From NCBI RefSeq assembly GCF_029227855.1, contig NZ_CP074356.1: DNA of 64,000 nucleotides. One strand, written 5' to 3'. Position numbers and translations under genes: made by a program. The notes below the pieces were generated by a model. The model had not been told where the DNA came from. It did not search any database and saw only the letters and a list, made by a program, of their open reading frames with translations. Shown in pieces: positions 1-11,850 of this stretch (position 1 is its first letter; each line of letters starts with the position of its first letter). The DNA is from Escherichia coli (GTDB lineage: Bacteria; Pseudomonadota; Gammaproteobacteria; Enterobacterales; Enterobacteriaceae).

Positions 1-295
1 TGTCAAGCAAGCGTAAAATGTCGTCAAGTCCGGGTGTATTGTTGTCGTCCAGCAACAAACGGACGCGAACGCCACGCTTTGCTGCGGCTAACAGGGCGGA
101 AAACAGTAACCGACCCGACATATCGTCCTGCCAGATGTAATACTGAACATCCAGCGTATGCTCTGCCATTTCGGCCAGACGATACCGGGCGGCAAACGCA
201 TCCAGACTTTTCTCCAGAGGGAAAAGGCCACACTGACCGGGATGTTGCGAACACAGTGGCAGCACCGCGCTCGCCAGCCGGGGCAAATCATTCAT
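1..295 (-). CDS. clsC: Cardiolipin synthase C, N-terminal part (gene continues beyond window start)
   Basis: Reverse-complement translation from ATG at 295 gives [34 protein letters not shown]..., recognised as ClsC/YmdC N-terminus; start overlaps ymdB stop; not in ORF track because it is truncated by the window edge. Confidence 0.8.
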   Translation of the reverse strand, partial: MNDLPRLASAVLPLCSQHPGQCGLFPLEKSLDAFAARYRLAEMAEHTLDVQYYIWQDDMSGRLLFSALLAAAKRGVRVRLLLDDNNTPGLDDILRLLD

Positions 296-821
296 CTCCT
301 TGTTGGGTAAGGAGTCTTTCGTAGAGGTGGGTGTTTTCTTCATCATAACAGACAAAGTATACCTGTTCGGGTAAAGCGTGACGGGTAATAAATTCTGAAA
401 CGGTTTTTACTGCGATTTCAGCCGCTGCCGCACGAGGGTAACCATAAACCCCAGTACTGATTGCAGGAAATGCCACTGACGTATAGCTGTTTGCCGCCAC
501 CAGTCGCAGACTATTGAGATAGGCATCCTGCAAAAGCTGGTCTTCGTTTTGTTCACCACCACGCCAGACTGGCCCGACGGTGTGCACTACGGCTTTAGCG
601 GGAAGATCGCCTGCAAGCGTAATAACGGCATGCCCCGTAGGGCAATCGCCCTGCTGTTGCCTGACTTTTAAACAGGCATCCAGCAGAGCCGGACCCGCTG
701 CGCGATGAATGGCCCCATCGACGCCGCCGCCTCCCATTAATGACGGATTAGCCGCATTCACAATCACATCAACGGCCAGTTTGGTAATATCACCCTGCAC
801 AACATGAATACGCGTTTTCAT
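288..821 (-). CDS. ymdB: O-acetyl-ADP-ribose deacetylase, macro-domain protein
   Basis: 177 aa ORF with macro-domain signature ([23 protein letters not shown]); position upstream of clsC as in E. coli. Confidence 0.9.
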   Translation of the reverse strand: MKTRIHVVQGDITKLAVDVIVNAANPSLMGGGGVDGAIHRAAGPALLDACLKVRQQQGDCPTGHAVITLAGDLPAKAVVHTVGPVWRGGEQNEDQLLQDAYLNSLRLVAANSYTSVAFPAISTGVYGYPRAAAAEIAVKTVSEFITRHALPEQVYFVCYDEENTHLYERLLTQQGDE

Positions 822-915
822 AACGCCTCCTTACACCTTCTTGTTTCTTAAGTGTACAGCAGGCTTTTTGGTTAAATCGCATTTTTCTGCTCAGCAAGGT
901 GAGTTGTTCAGAAAC

Positions 916-1295
<380 letters not shown>

Positions 1296-1296
1296 C

Positions 1297-1680
<384 letters not shown>

Positions 1681-1734
1681 ATTCTTCTCCCGAATAAATA
1701 TCCTCCGGCATAGCCGGAGGTTTTTCAAATGCGC

Positions 1735-2445
1735 CTATAAGGCTCTCTTACCAGCCGCGCCCTAACAGGCGCACACGATCTGACATTTGCATCCAACTTC
1801 GTTACTTACGGCCCGTAAACGGGCTGCCCGGATAGGGAATCGATAACTGCTCTCCCATTTTATCCTCTTCAAGCTGGTGCTTTATGTAATCCTGTATCTT
1901 CGCCGTGTTCTTACCCACCGTATCGACGTAGTACCCTCTGCACCAGAACTCCCTGTTCCTGTATTTGAATTTCAAATCACCAAACTGCTCGTAAAGCATC
2001 AGACTGCTTTTCCCTTTCAGATATCCCATAAAGCCGGATACGCTCATTTTGGGCGGGATCTCCACAAGCATATGGATATGATCTGCACAGCATTCAGCTT
2101 CCAGAATCCGTACACTTTTCCACTCACACAGCTTTCTCAAAATACTGCCTATTGCTCTACGCTTCTCTCTGTAGAACACCTGTCTTCGGTATTTTGGCGC
2201 AAAAACTATGTGATATTTACAGTTCCATCGGGTGTGCGCTAAGCTCTTTTCGTTCCCCATTGGGACCCCCTTTTGATTTCTTGTTTGACACTTGCAGTTG
2301 CCAGACCGCAAGGTGTTTTAACAAATCAAAAGGGGTTTTAATAACTGGCTTAAAGCTGAAAGCTTTCCGGAACCCCCAGCCTAGCTGGGGGTTTTCTGTG
2401 CACAAAAAAAACAGGGCTTGCGCCCTGTTTCTTTAATACAGATGT
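1735..2445 (-). mobile_element. IS200-family insertion sequence (about 0.7 kb) inserted between csgA and csgC; boundaries approximate
   Basis: Contains an IS200 TnpA ORF; its upstream leader has an A-run/palindrome/T-run (aaaaaaaacagggcttgcgccctgtttcttt, about 2405-2437) and a second stem-loop overlapping the RBS/ATG (about 2255-2290), as expected for the IS200 left end; the csgA-csgC spacing is about 770 bp versus about 60 bp recalled for K-12. Confidence 0.75.
1802..2260 (-). CDS. tnpA: IS200/IS605-family Y1 (HUH) transposase TnpA
   Basis: Starts MGNEKSLAHTRWNCKYHIVFAPKYRR, contains the HxH motif (ADHIHMLVEIPP) and C-terminal YxxxQ-type region; 152 aa. Confidence 0.9.
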   Translation of the reverse strand: MGNEKSLAHTRWNCKYHIVFAPKYRRQVFYREKRRAIGSILRKLCEWKSVRILEAECCADHIHMLVEIPPKMSVSGFMGYLKGKSSLMLYEQFGDLKFKYRNREFWCRGYYVDTVGKNTAKIQDYIKHQLEEDKMGEQLSIPYPGSPFTGRK

Positions 2446-2448
2446 GAA

Positions 2449-2904
2449 TTAGTACTGATGAGCGGTCGCGTTGTTACCAAAGCCAACCTGAGTGACGTTA
2501 ACGCTGGAGTTAGATGCAGTCTGGTCAACAGCAGCACCGTTACCGCCACCGAACTGTTTAACAGTCATAGTAGAATCTTTACCATTCCACTGATCAAGAG
2601 TAGCGCTGTTGCCGAAACCACGCTGAGTCAGATCGATTGAGCTGTCATCAGAACCTTGGCCAACATCTGCGCCGTTACCGCCGCCGTGCTGGGTAATGGT
2701 CAGATCAGAGTTACGGGCGTCAGCTTGCAGAGCAAGTGCAGAGTTACCGCCACCGTACTGGTAAATGTTCAGCTCTGAATTTGGGCCGCTATTATTACCG
2801 CCACCACCGTGGTTACCGCCGCCGCCGTACTGAGGAACAACACCTGCCAGAGCGCTACCGGAGAATACGATTGCTGCAATTGCTGCTACTTTTAAAAGTT
2901 TCAT
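2449..2904 (-). CDS. csgA: Major curlin subunit CsgA
   Basis: 151 aa, signal peptide, Gly/Asn/Gln-rich imperfect repeats (SxxxxxQxGxGNxA type). Confidence 0.95.
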   Translation of the reverse strand: MKLLKVAAIAAIVFSGSALAGVVPQYGGGGNHGGGGNNSGPNSELNIYQYGGGNSALALQADARNSDLTITQHGGGNGADVGQGSDDSSIDLTQRGFGNSATLDQWNGKDSTMTVKQFGGGNGAAVDQTASNSSVNVTQVGFGNNATAHQY

Positions 2905-2944
2905 GTAAAACCCCCATCGGATTGATTTAAAAGTCGAATAGTAA

Positions 2945-3400
2945 TTAACGTTGTGTCACGCGAATTGCCATTTGCGACTGTCTCTGCACTACAATTGCCG
3001 TTTTTTGAGTACCATACTGTGTAATATTTGCTTTATTACCAGAACCTTTCTGGATAATCATCGCAGTATTACCATAAGCACCTTGCGAAATACTGGCATC
3101 GTTGGCACTGCCCGCCTGATCAATATATGCAAGGTTATAATCTCCTGTCTGATCAATCTTTGCCCGGTTGCTACTACCTTCTTGCGCAACAACCGCCAAA
3201 AGTTTTGAGCCTCCCTGCCGTAACTGAGCACTATTATTAGTCCCAGCTTGACCAATTATGGCTGCCTGATTAAATGAAGACTTACTCAATTCATTTACCG
3301 CGAAGTTATATTCTGAATTAGCTAAATCATAACCTGCTGCGGCTGCAATCCCAGGCGCACCCAGTATTGTTAACATCATAAATAACAATTTGTTTTTCAT
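2945..3400 (-). CDS. csgB: Minor curlin subunit / nucleator CsgB
   Basis: ORF 2945..3427; start at MKNKLLFMMLTILG (151 aa); curlin repeat architecture; upstream of csgA. Confidence 0.93.
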   Translation of the reverse strand: MKNKLLFMMLTILGAPGIAAAAGYDLANSEYNFAVNELSKSSFNQAAIIGQAGTNNSAQLRQGGSKLLAVVAQEGSSNRAKIDQTGDYNLAYIDQAGSANDASISQGAYGNTAMIIQKGSGNKANITQYGTQKTAIVVQRQSQMAIRVTQR

Positions 3401-4155
3401 GTTGTCACCCTGGACCTGGTCGTACATTTAAGAAATTAAATCATTTCAACTTGGTTGTTAACGCAACATGTATTTTGTTAACGCTGCGTTACGATGGAAA
3501 GTATGTCTGCGGAAATATTTTTAATAACTCACCCGCGCGTTGTATTTTTCTTTTTTTGTTCATACCAAAGTATTAAAACCCACGTAAATACGCTGTTATC
3601 TACGCAAAAAAAAATATTTTGTTTTCTTTTAAATCTCCGTTTTCCGCAATCAAAAATCACCAGACAGCCATTCTTCTTGCCCGTCGCTGATTGCTGCGAT
3701 ATGTCTTGCGCACAAGCCGTGACAAACCTCGTCTTTTTGCAGTAAAAAATTGTCCACGGAGGTGTGAAGAAAAAACAACAACGTTTTACATGACGAAAGG
3801 ACTACACCGAAATATTTTTTATATGCATTATTAGTAAGTTAGCACCATTTGTATGATTTTTTAAAATTGTGCAATAAAAACCAAATGTACAACTTTTCTA
3901 TCATTTCTAACTTAACAAAACCTTAAGATTAACATTTTAATATAACGAGTTACATTTAGTTACATGTTTAACACTTGATTTAAGATTTGTAATGGCTAGA
4001 TTGAAATCAGATGTAATCCATTAGTTTTATATTTTACCCATTTAGGGCTGATTTATTACTACACACAGCAGTGCAACATCTGTCAGTACTTCTGGTGCTT
4101 CTATTTTAGAGGCAGCTGTCAGGTGTGCGATCAATAAAAAAAGCGGGGTTTCATC
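3401..4155. promoter_or_regulatory. Divergent csgBAC / csgDEFG intergenic control region (about 755 bp, AT-rich)
   Basis: Long AT-rich spacer between divergent csgB and csgD; known from E. coli to hold sigma-S promoters, multiple transcription-factor sites and the long csgD 5' UTR targeted by sRNAs. Individual sites not mapped here. Confidence 0.7.
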
Positions 4156-4806
<651 letters not shown>

Positions 4807-4810
4807 AGCC

Positions 4811-5200
4811 ATGAAACGTTATTTACGCTGGATTGTGGCGGCAGAATTTCTGTTCGCCGCAGGGAATCTTCACGCCGTTGAGGTAGAAGTCCCGGGATTG
4901 TTAACTGACCATACTGTTTCATCTATTGGCCATGATTTTTACCGAGCCTTTAGTGATAAATGGGAAAGTGACTATACGGGTAACTTAACGATTAATGAAA
5001 GGCCCAGTGCACGATGGGGAAGCTGGATCACTATAACGGTCAATCAGGACGTTATTTTCCAGACTTTTTTATTCCCGTTGAAAAGAGACTTCGAAAAAAC
5101 TGTCGTCTTTGCACTGATTCAAACTGAAGAAGCACTAAATCGTCGCCAGATAAATCAGGCGTTATTAAGTACGGGCGATTTGGCGCATGATGAATTTTAA
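4811..5200 (+). CDS. csgE: Curli secretion specificity factor CsgE
   Basis: 129 aa with signal peptide; gene order csgDEFG. Confidence 0.9.
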
Positions 5201-5224
5201 ATAAAAAATTGTTCGGAGGCTGCA

Positions 5225-5641
5225 ATGCGTGTCAAACATGCAGTAGTTCTACTCATGCTTATTTCGCCTTTAAGTTGGGCTGGAACCATGACTTTCCAGT
5301 TCCGTAATCCAAACTTTGGTGGCAACCCAAATAATGGCGCTTTTTTATTAAATAGCGCCCAGGCACAAAACTCGTATAAAGATCCGAGCTATAACGATGA
5401 CTTTGGTATTGAAACGCCCTCAGCGTTAGATAACTTTACTCAGGCCATCCAGTCACAAATTTTAGGTGGGCTACTGTCGAATATTAATACCGGTAAACCG
5501 GGCCGCATGGTGACCAACGATTATATTGTTGATATTGCTAACCGCGATGGTCAATTGCAGTTGAACGTGACAGATCGTAAAACCGGACAAACCTCGACCA
5601 TCCAGGTTTCGGGTTTACAAAATAACTCAACCGATTTTTAA
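5225..5641 (+). CDS. csgF: Curli assembly component CsgF
   Basis: 138 aa with signal peptide; gene order. Confidence 0.9.
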
Positions 5642-5667
5642 GCCCCAGCTTCATAAGGAAAATAATC

Positions 5668-6501
5668 ATGCAGCGCTTATTTCTTTTGGTTGCCGTCATG
5701 TTACTGAGCGGATGCTTAACCGCCCCGCCTAAAGAAGCCGCCAGACCGACATTAATGCCTCGTGCTCAGAGCTACAAAGATTTGACCCATCTGCCAGCGC
5801 CGACGGGTAAGATCTTTGTTTCGGTATACAACATTCAGGACGAAACCGGGCAATTTAAACCTTACCCGGCAAGTAACTTCTCCACTGCTGTTCCGCAAAG
5901 CGCCACGGCAATGCTGGTCACGGCATTGAAAGATTCTCGCTGGTTTATACCGCTGGAGCGCCAGGGCTTACAAAACCTGCTTAACGAGCGCAAGATTATT
6001 CGTGCGGCACAAGAAAACGGCACGGTTGCCATTAATAACCGAATCCCGCTGCAATCTTTAACGGCGGCAAATATCATGGTTGAAGGTTCGATTATCGGTT
6101 ATGAAAGCAACGTTAAATCGGGCGGTGTTGGGGCAAGATATTTTGGGATCGGTGCAGACACGCAATACCAGCTTGATCAGATTGCCGTGAACCTGCGTGT
6201 CGTCAATGTGAGTACCGGTGAGATCCTCTCCTCGGTGAACACCAGTAAGACGATACTTTCCTATGAAGTTCAGGCGGGGGTCTTCCGCTTTATTGACTAC
6301 CAGCGCTTGCTGGAAGGGGAAGTGGGTTACACCTCGAACGAACCCGTGATGCTGTGCCTGATGTCGGCTATCGAAACAGGCGTCATTTTCCTGATTAATG
6401 ATGGTATCGACCGCGGTCTTTGGGATTTGCAAAATAAAGCAGAACGGCAGAATGACATTCTGGTGAAATACCGCCATATGTCGGTTCCACCGGAATCCTG
6501 A
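5668..6501 (+). CDS. csgG: Curli outer-membrane secretion channel lipoprotein CsgG
   Basis: 277 aa; lipobox (LLSGC) after signal peptide. Confidence 0.93.
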   Translation: MQRLFLLVAVMLLSGCLTAPPKEAARPTLMPRAQSYKDLTHLPAPTGKIFVSVYNIQDETGQFKPYPASNFSTAVPQSATAMLVTALKDSRWFIPLERQGLQNLLNERKIIRAAQENGTVAINNRIPLQSLTAANIMVEGSIIGYESNVKSGGVGARYFGIGADTQYQLDQIAVNLRVVNVSTGEILSSVNTSKTILSYEVQAGVFRFIDYQRLLEGEVGYTSNEPVMLCLMSAIETGVIFLINDGIDRGLWDLQNKAERQNDILVKYRHMSVPPES

Positions 6502-6508
6502 TAGATAA

Positions 6509-6540
6509 AAATGCCGGAATTAATAATCCGGCATTTTACT
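6509..6540 (+). terminator. Intrinsic terminator after csgG
   Basis: Hairpin aaatgccggaattaataatccggcattt followed by T-rich tract. Confidence 0.6.
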
Positions 6541-6565
6541 GTTTAAGCGAAAGCGTGAGTGCCCC

Positions 6566-7057
6566 TCACGCTTTATTTTTGATTTGCTGCTCACGGTGAG
6601 CGGTCTTCGTACTACGCGCCGCCAGCCACAGGCCGCTGTTTTTCATTGCGTAACCAAATATCAACCCGAGCGCCAGCGAAGGTAACACCAGTTTCCAGTC
6701 ACCCTGCCCGGCAAACGTCGCGCATGCGCCTATAAACGTCCCCGGAACAAATGAAAGCAGCAGCTGTTTGGCCTGAATACACATCAGAAACGCGACAATA
6801 CCGGTTATGACATAACCGAGAATTTCCAGATGTGGTGCCAGTGCACTACCGTAAATAATGACCATCGCCCACACCACGCCACTAAGCAGGGTTGCAGCGG
6901 AGATCGCCAGCCCTTTCAGCCCACCTTGCGGGCAGGCAAAGTAGGCCGTACAGCCCAGGAAGCCCGCCCAGCTTAGTAAGCCCAGGGAAACAGCCACCCA
7001 TCCCCAGATACCGGAGAGAATGCCTGTTGTGATTGCAATAGAGAGAAGTATGTTCAT
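6566..7057 (-). CDS. ycdZ: Inner-membrane protein YcdZ
   Basis: ORF 6566..7105; probable start at MNILLSIAIT (163 aa); multiple transmembrane segments. Confidence 0.75.
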   Translation of the reverse strand: MNILLSIAITTGILSGIWGWVAVSLGLLSWAGFLGCTAYFACPQGGLKGLAISAATLLSGVVWAMVIIYGSALAPHLEILGYVITGIVAFLMCIQAKQLLLSFVPGTFIGACATFAGQGDWKLVLPSLALGLIFGYAMKNSGLWLAARSTKTAHREQQIKNKA

Positions 7058-7158
7058 GCCGCGCATGATAGCAGAAAACGCGGCCATGAATGAGATCGAG
7101 CACACATTTTATGCAACAACAAATTATCTGTTGCAGTTATGAGTGATGCAGATCACAT

Positions 7159-7713
7159 TTACTCTTCAGAATCTTCTTCCAGCTCGTCCCACATTGCACT
7201 AATAGCATCGCGGGTTAGCGGTGCCATGGTGCGCCAAAAAGGCGTAGTTGCATGGGCCTCCACTTTACCAAGGAACGCACCACACCAGGGTAACAGATAC
7301 TCACTGAACAGTGTTTCCAGTGCTTCGCTCTCATCTTCCGTTGACTGATCTTCCAGCCAGGAAGCCGCGAGCAGCAATGTGCCGATGTGATCGGCTGGCG
7401 TATCCGCTAATGGCATCCCCCGTTCGGAAAGAAAAGCGCGCACTTCCGCTTCCGTCGCGCCCTCAACCCATGCGCTACGATATGGCGGCACAGCACATTC
7501 ATTGCCGATAAACAACGCATTGTAATCGGCAGAGACTTGCGTCATATCACAGCTTTTCTGCAAACGTGTCAGCAACTCATCCTGCTCCAGTGGCCAGTTC
7601 GCAGCCAGTTTCCCCTCACGAATCAGGGTAAACAGCGGCACCAGTAAAGGATCTTGTGGTTGGCGGTAATAGAGCGAACCCAGCACACGACAGAGGATAG
7701 AAAACTCGTTCAT
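7159..7713 (-). CDS. ycdY: TorD-family redox-enzyme maturation chaperone YcdY
   Basis: 184 aa; position next to ycdX. Confidence 0.8.
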   Translation of the reverse strand: MNEFSILCRVLGSLYYRQPQDPLLVPLFTLIREGKLAANWPLEQDELLTRLQKSCDMTQVSADYNALFIGNECAVPPYRSAWVEGATEAEVRAFLSERGMPLADTPADHIGTLLLAASWLEDQSTEDESEALETLFSEYLLPWCGAFLGKVEAHATTPFWRTMAPLTRDAISAMWDELEEDSEE

Positions 7714-7736
7714 TAATATATTTCCATTACTAGTAA

Positions 7737-8474
7737 TTAAAGGTCTGCAAATTCCGCAATCGGTGCCATACCGCGAGATTCAAGGAAGTTCAGTAAGCGG
7801 CGCGGAGAAACATTCAAAATGCGCTCTGGCGGAAAATCTACCGCGTCGAGGATTTTAAGACACTCTTCAAATTCACCCATGGTAAACGCGGTGTGAGAAT
7901 CCGAGCCTAATGCCACCCAACCTCCAGCGTCACGTACTGCTGCGGCTACCGCACGACAATTGTCTTCACTTCCCTTACGTGAGTGTAAAAAAGAGGAATT
8001 ATTGATTTCCAGCGCCACCTGATGTTTCGCGGCTGCTTCAGCAACGGCTTTAACATCTATTTCATATTTCGGATTTCCGGGATGGCTTATTATATGCACA
8101 TTGCCGCTGGCGATAGTGGCGATCATCGCTTGCGTATTGGTCGCTTTGTCATGCGGCGCAAACACCGGCTCATGAAAACCGGCAATAATCAGATCCAGCG
8201 AATCAAACATTTTGCCACTGCAGTCAATTTCACCGTCAACATTTTTAATGTTAGCTTCGATGCCGCGCAGGATCCCAACCCCATCAACCACTCGCGGCCA
8301 GATACGCATGTTAATGAAGTGCCAGTGATGCGGCGCATCTTCCATATCCGGGCCATGATCGGTGATCGCAAAAAGTTTAATGCCCTTTTGTTTGGCCTGG
8401 GCAATGTAATCACTCAATGTGCTATATGCATGCGTGCTGGCAACGGTATGCATATGAAGGTCGACGGGATACAT
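7737..8474 (-). CDS. ycdX: PHP-domain metal-dependent phosphatase YcdX
   Basis: 245 aa; N-terminal [18 protein letters not shown] (PHP-domain His motif). Confidence 0.85.
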
Positions 8475-8528
8475 AACTCTCTCCTGTATTCAATTCCCGC
8501 CAAGGATAGCAGGAATCCTGATGCTTTA

Positions 8529-9506
<978 letters not shown>

Positions 9507-9700
9507 TTATCGTTATGATCTACAAAAGCCACCAGCATAACAAATCCGTGGTCGGTGGCAAAAAAAGCAGATTTCGCTTATTAAAACTGCATATTGATTG
9601 AAGTTTGAATAAACGCGCGATTTTTTAAAAAAGTTTGTTGACCTCAGGTCATGATTTCCCTAAATTAGCGCCCGTTCCAGCAAGACAGGAACAACAATTT

Positions 9701-9788
9701 GGTGAGGTGTCCGAGTGGCTGAAGGAGCACGCCTGGAAAGTGTGTATACGGCAACGTATCGGGGGTTCGAATCCCCCCCTCACCGCCA
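9701..9788 (+). tRNA. serX: tRNA-Ser (anticodon GGA)
   Basis: 88-nt sequence GGTGAGGTGTCCGAGTGGCTGAAGGAGCACGCCTGGAAAGTGTGTATACGGCAACGTATCGGGGGTTCGAATCCCCCCCTCACCGCCA with long variable arm and CCA end. Confidence 0.93.
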
Positions 9789-9798
9789 TATTTAAAGA

Positions 9799-9830
9799 AG
9801 AGCTCGTACGAAAGTACGAGCTTTTTTTTT
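9799..9830 (+). terminator. Intrinsic terminator after serX
   Basis: Hairpin agctcgtacgaaagtacgagct followed by T9 run. Confidence 0.8.
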
Positions 9831-9893
9831 CGTATATTGCATAGACCGGGGGGATGAGAAGCCCCAGGCGGAGGTCGACAACTAGCGACAGAC

Positions 9894-11261
9894 TCATTCA
9901 TCATCCTTGCGGTTGATAAGAATTTCTGCCTCTTTTACTACCACCTTATTACGCCCGGTCTCTTTCGCCTCGTAAAGTGCGTTATCAGCCAGTTGATAGA
10001 TCTCCTTAGGGTTTAACTCATTTTTCTGCGTTACAACAGCGCCAATACTAATCGTCACTTTTTGTGGTATGGCGTATTCAGGATTATCACCAGTTAAACG
10101 CTCAACATTTTCCCGAATCCTTTCCGCTAAAGCTTTCGCACGTTCAGTATCGATGTCCGTCAGCAAGACGCCAAACTCTTCGCCGCCGACGCGCGCAAAA
10201 AGGTCATCTGGCCGTATGCTTTTCCCAATGATACTCACCACTGTTTTTATCACCTGATCGCCAACCGGATGCCCCCAGGTGTCGTTGACTTTTTTGAAGT
10301 GGTCGATATCCATAATCATGACGCAATAAGGCGTTTTTTTGGCCGATGCTGATTGAACTGTCAGTTCATTAAAAAAATAATTTCTGTTAAATATATTGGT
10401 TAAGGAATCGCGATGTGCAATGTCCTTTGTTACTCGTAGCGCACTGAATATATGGCACATAAATATTACCATAACGGTTAACTTACTGACTACTTCAATA
10501 GTGCGACTAATATACCAAATGGACACGCTATACCTGCTCATAAATAAAAGAGAGACATTGTACAGTACGGCACAAAAAGCAATCACCGTCACTCCATTCC
10601 AGATATCACAGCGTAAACCATTAAAGTATAGATTAACTGAAAGCAAGGTTAACCACATGAAAATCATTATGGTAACATATGATGTTTTCCAAACCACCTG
10701 ATCATTTTCATTGGTTAACTCGGCAATGTGTAAATTGTAGCTCTCATAATGACTAGAAAGTATGTGAGCAACTATCGGCCCCCCAACAACAAAAAACAAA
10801 CTTATGCACAAAGTCATTTTTTTAGAAAATAAATTGCGCTGTTTTGTGTTTTCACTAACTTTATTCACCAATGCCAGAAATATTAATATGCACAAACTCA
10901 TCTGACGAAACAAATAATAGATTGCAATGTCATTTTGAACAACACTGCTTGTCAAACGCCCCTCAATAATTTGCTGAATGATAATGACGGTTTTAACAAA
11001 GTAAATCAAACAACTCAGAAAAGCCAAACTAAGTATACAGTTTGAAAATTGCCTACGGTCATAAATGAAATACAACTGCATAAAAATAAATGCAACAGTA
11101 TCGATAAAAAATAAAGCAATCATTACCATCAGATAGGTTGATCGTGGAACAACTTCCTCAACGCCTGGCTGATTAAACCAACTATTCACCAAAACCAAAG
11201 CAAGCCCAAACAATAAGCTCACTAATACAGTACTACTAATTCTCAAATAGTCTTTTTCCAT
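9894..11261 (-). CDS. dgcT: Membrane-anchored diguanylate cyclase (GGDEF/GGEEF domain)
   Basis: ORF 9894..11384; probable start at MEKDYLRISS (456 aa); N-terminal multi-TM region, C-terminal GGDEF domain with RVGGEEFGVLL; divergent from pgaA (ycdT in K-12). Confidence 0.85.
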   Translation of the reverse strand: MEKDYLRISSTVLVSLLFGLALVLVNSWFNQPGVEEVVPRSTYLMVMIALFFIDTVAFIFMQLYFIYDRRQFSNCILSLAFLSCLIYFVKTVIIIQQIIEGRLTSSVVQNDIAIYYLFRQMSLCILIFLALVNKVSENTKQRNLFSKKMTLCISLFFVVGGPIVAHILSSHYESYNLHIAELTNENDQVVWKTSYVTIMIFMWLTLLSVNLYFNGLRCDIWNGVTVIAFCAVLYNVSLLFMSRYSVSIWYISRTIEVVSKLTVMVIFMCHIFSALRVTKDIAHRDSLTNIFNRNYFFNELTVQSASAKKTPYCVMIMDIDHFKKVNDTWGHPVGDQVIKTVVSIIGKSIRPDDLFARVGGEEFGVLLTDIDTERAKALAERIRENVERLTGDNPEYAIPQKVTISIGAVVTQKNELNPKEIYQLADNALYEAKETGRNKVVVKEAEILINRKDDE

Positions 11262-11616
11262 AAAGCTACACCAATCTGTAGGTTGTAGATCCCTTTCTAT
11301 TATTAATAGATATAAGAACTGTACTGTTGTCAATATGAAATTCCGCCCACAAACAATACCAATGATGATAGTTGCATACCGCAATTATTATTGCCTTAGT
11401 GCTTTATACATTCTTCGCGACAAGACAGGCTTGCAAATACATATAAATGGTTATAAGGAAATCCTTATAAAACATTAATTCATAGATATATTAGGAATAA
11501 CAATTGAATCCGTGAGTACAGTAACGCTGCACTTCATCAGGACTTTCGAAAAATCGATATCATGCATCGGAATTTACTGATTTAATTATTTTAATCCTAA
11601 TTTATTTTGAAAAAGG

Positions 11617-11850
11617 CATTGGGATTTATGCCGTATTCCTGAAGTTCCTCATCATTGGAATGGATTTTCAGGCGAGAAAAGGATTTTATATGGATACTCT
11701 ACTCATCATTTCTTCTTCTCATCATCAACAATTCACGTCTCTCTTCCGCGTTTAATAACGGATTATGATGTGCAAAAAAAATATCTTTCGTTTCAGTTAC
11801 CTGTAATTAGATACAGAGAGAGATTTTGGCAATACATGGAGTAATACAGG
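11617..11850 (+). promoter_or_regulatory. pgaA promoter / long 5' leader with GGA-containing motifs, including one over the Shine-Dalgarno region
   Basis: About 590-bp AT-rich spacer before pgaA; GGA motifs near acatggagtaatacaggATG. CsrA control of the pgaA leader is established knowledge for E. coli, not read directly here. Confidence 0.5.

Noticed and set aside
1802-2311. Possibility that the HUH transposase is a REP-associated tyrosine transposase (RAYT) rather than IS200
   Set aside because: The N-terminus MGNEKSLAHTRWNCKYHIVFAPKYRR and the flanking palindrome plus RBS stem-loop match IS200 TnpA architecture. It is not flanked by REP copies as RAYT genes are.
9894-11384. Extended 496-aa version of the GGDEF ORF
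   Set aside because: The first 41 codons of the track ORF precede the likely start MEKDYLRISS and run into the promoter region; the shorter 456-aa form is preferred.
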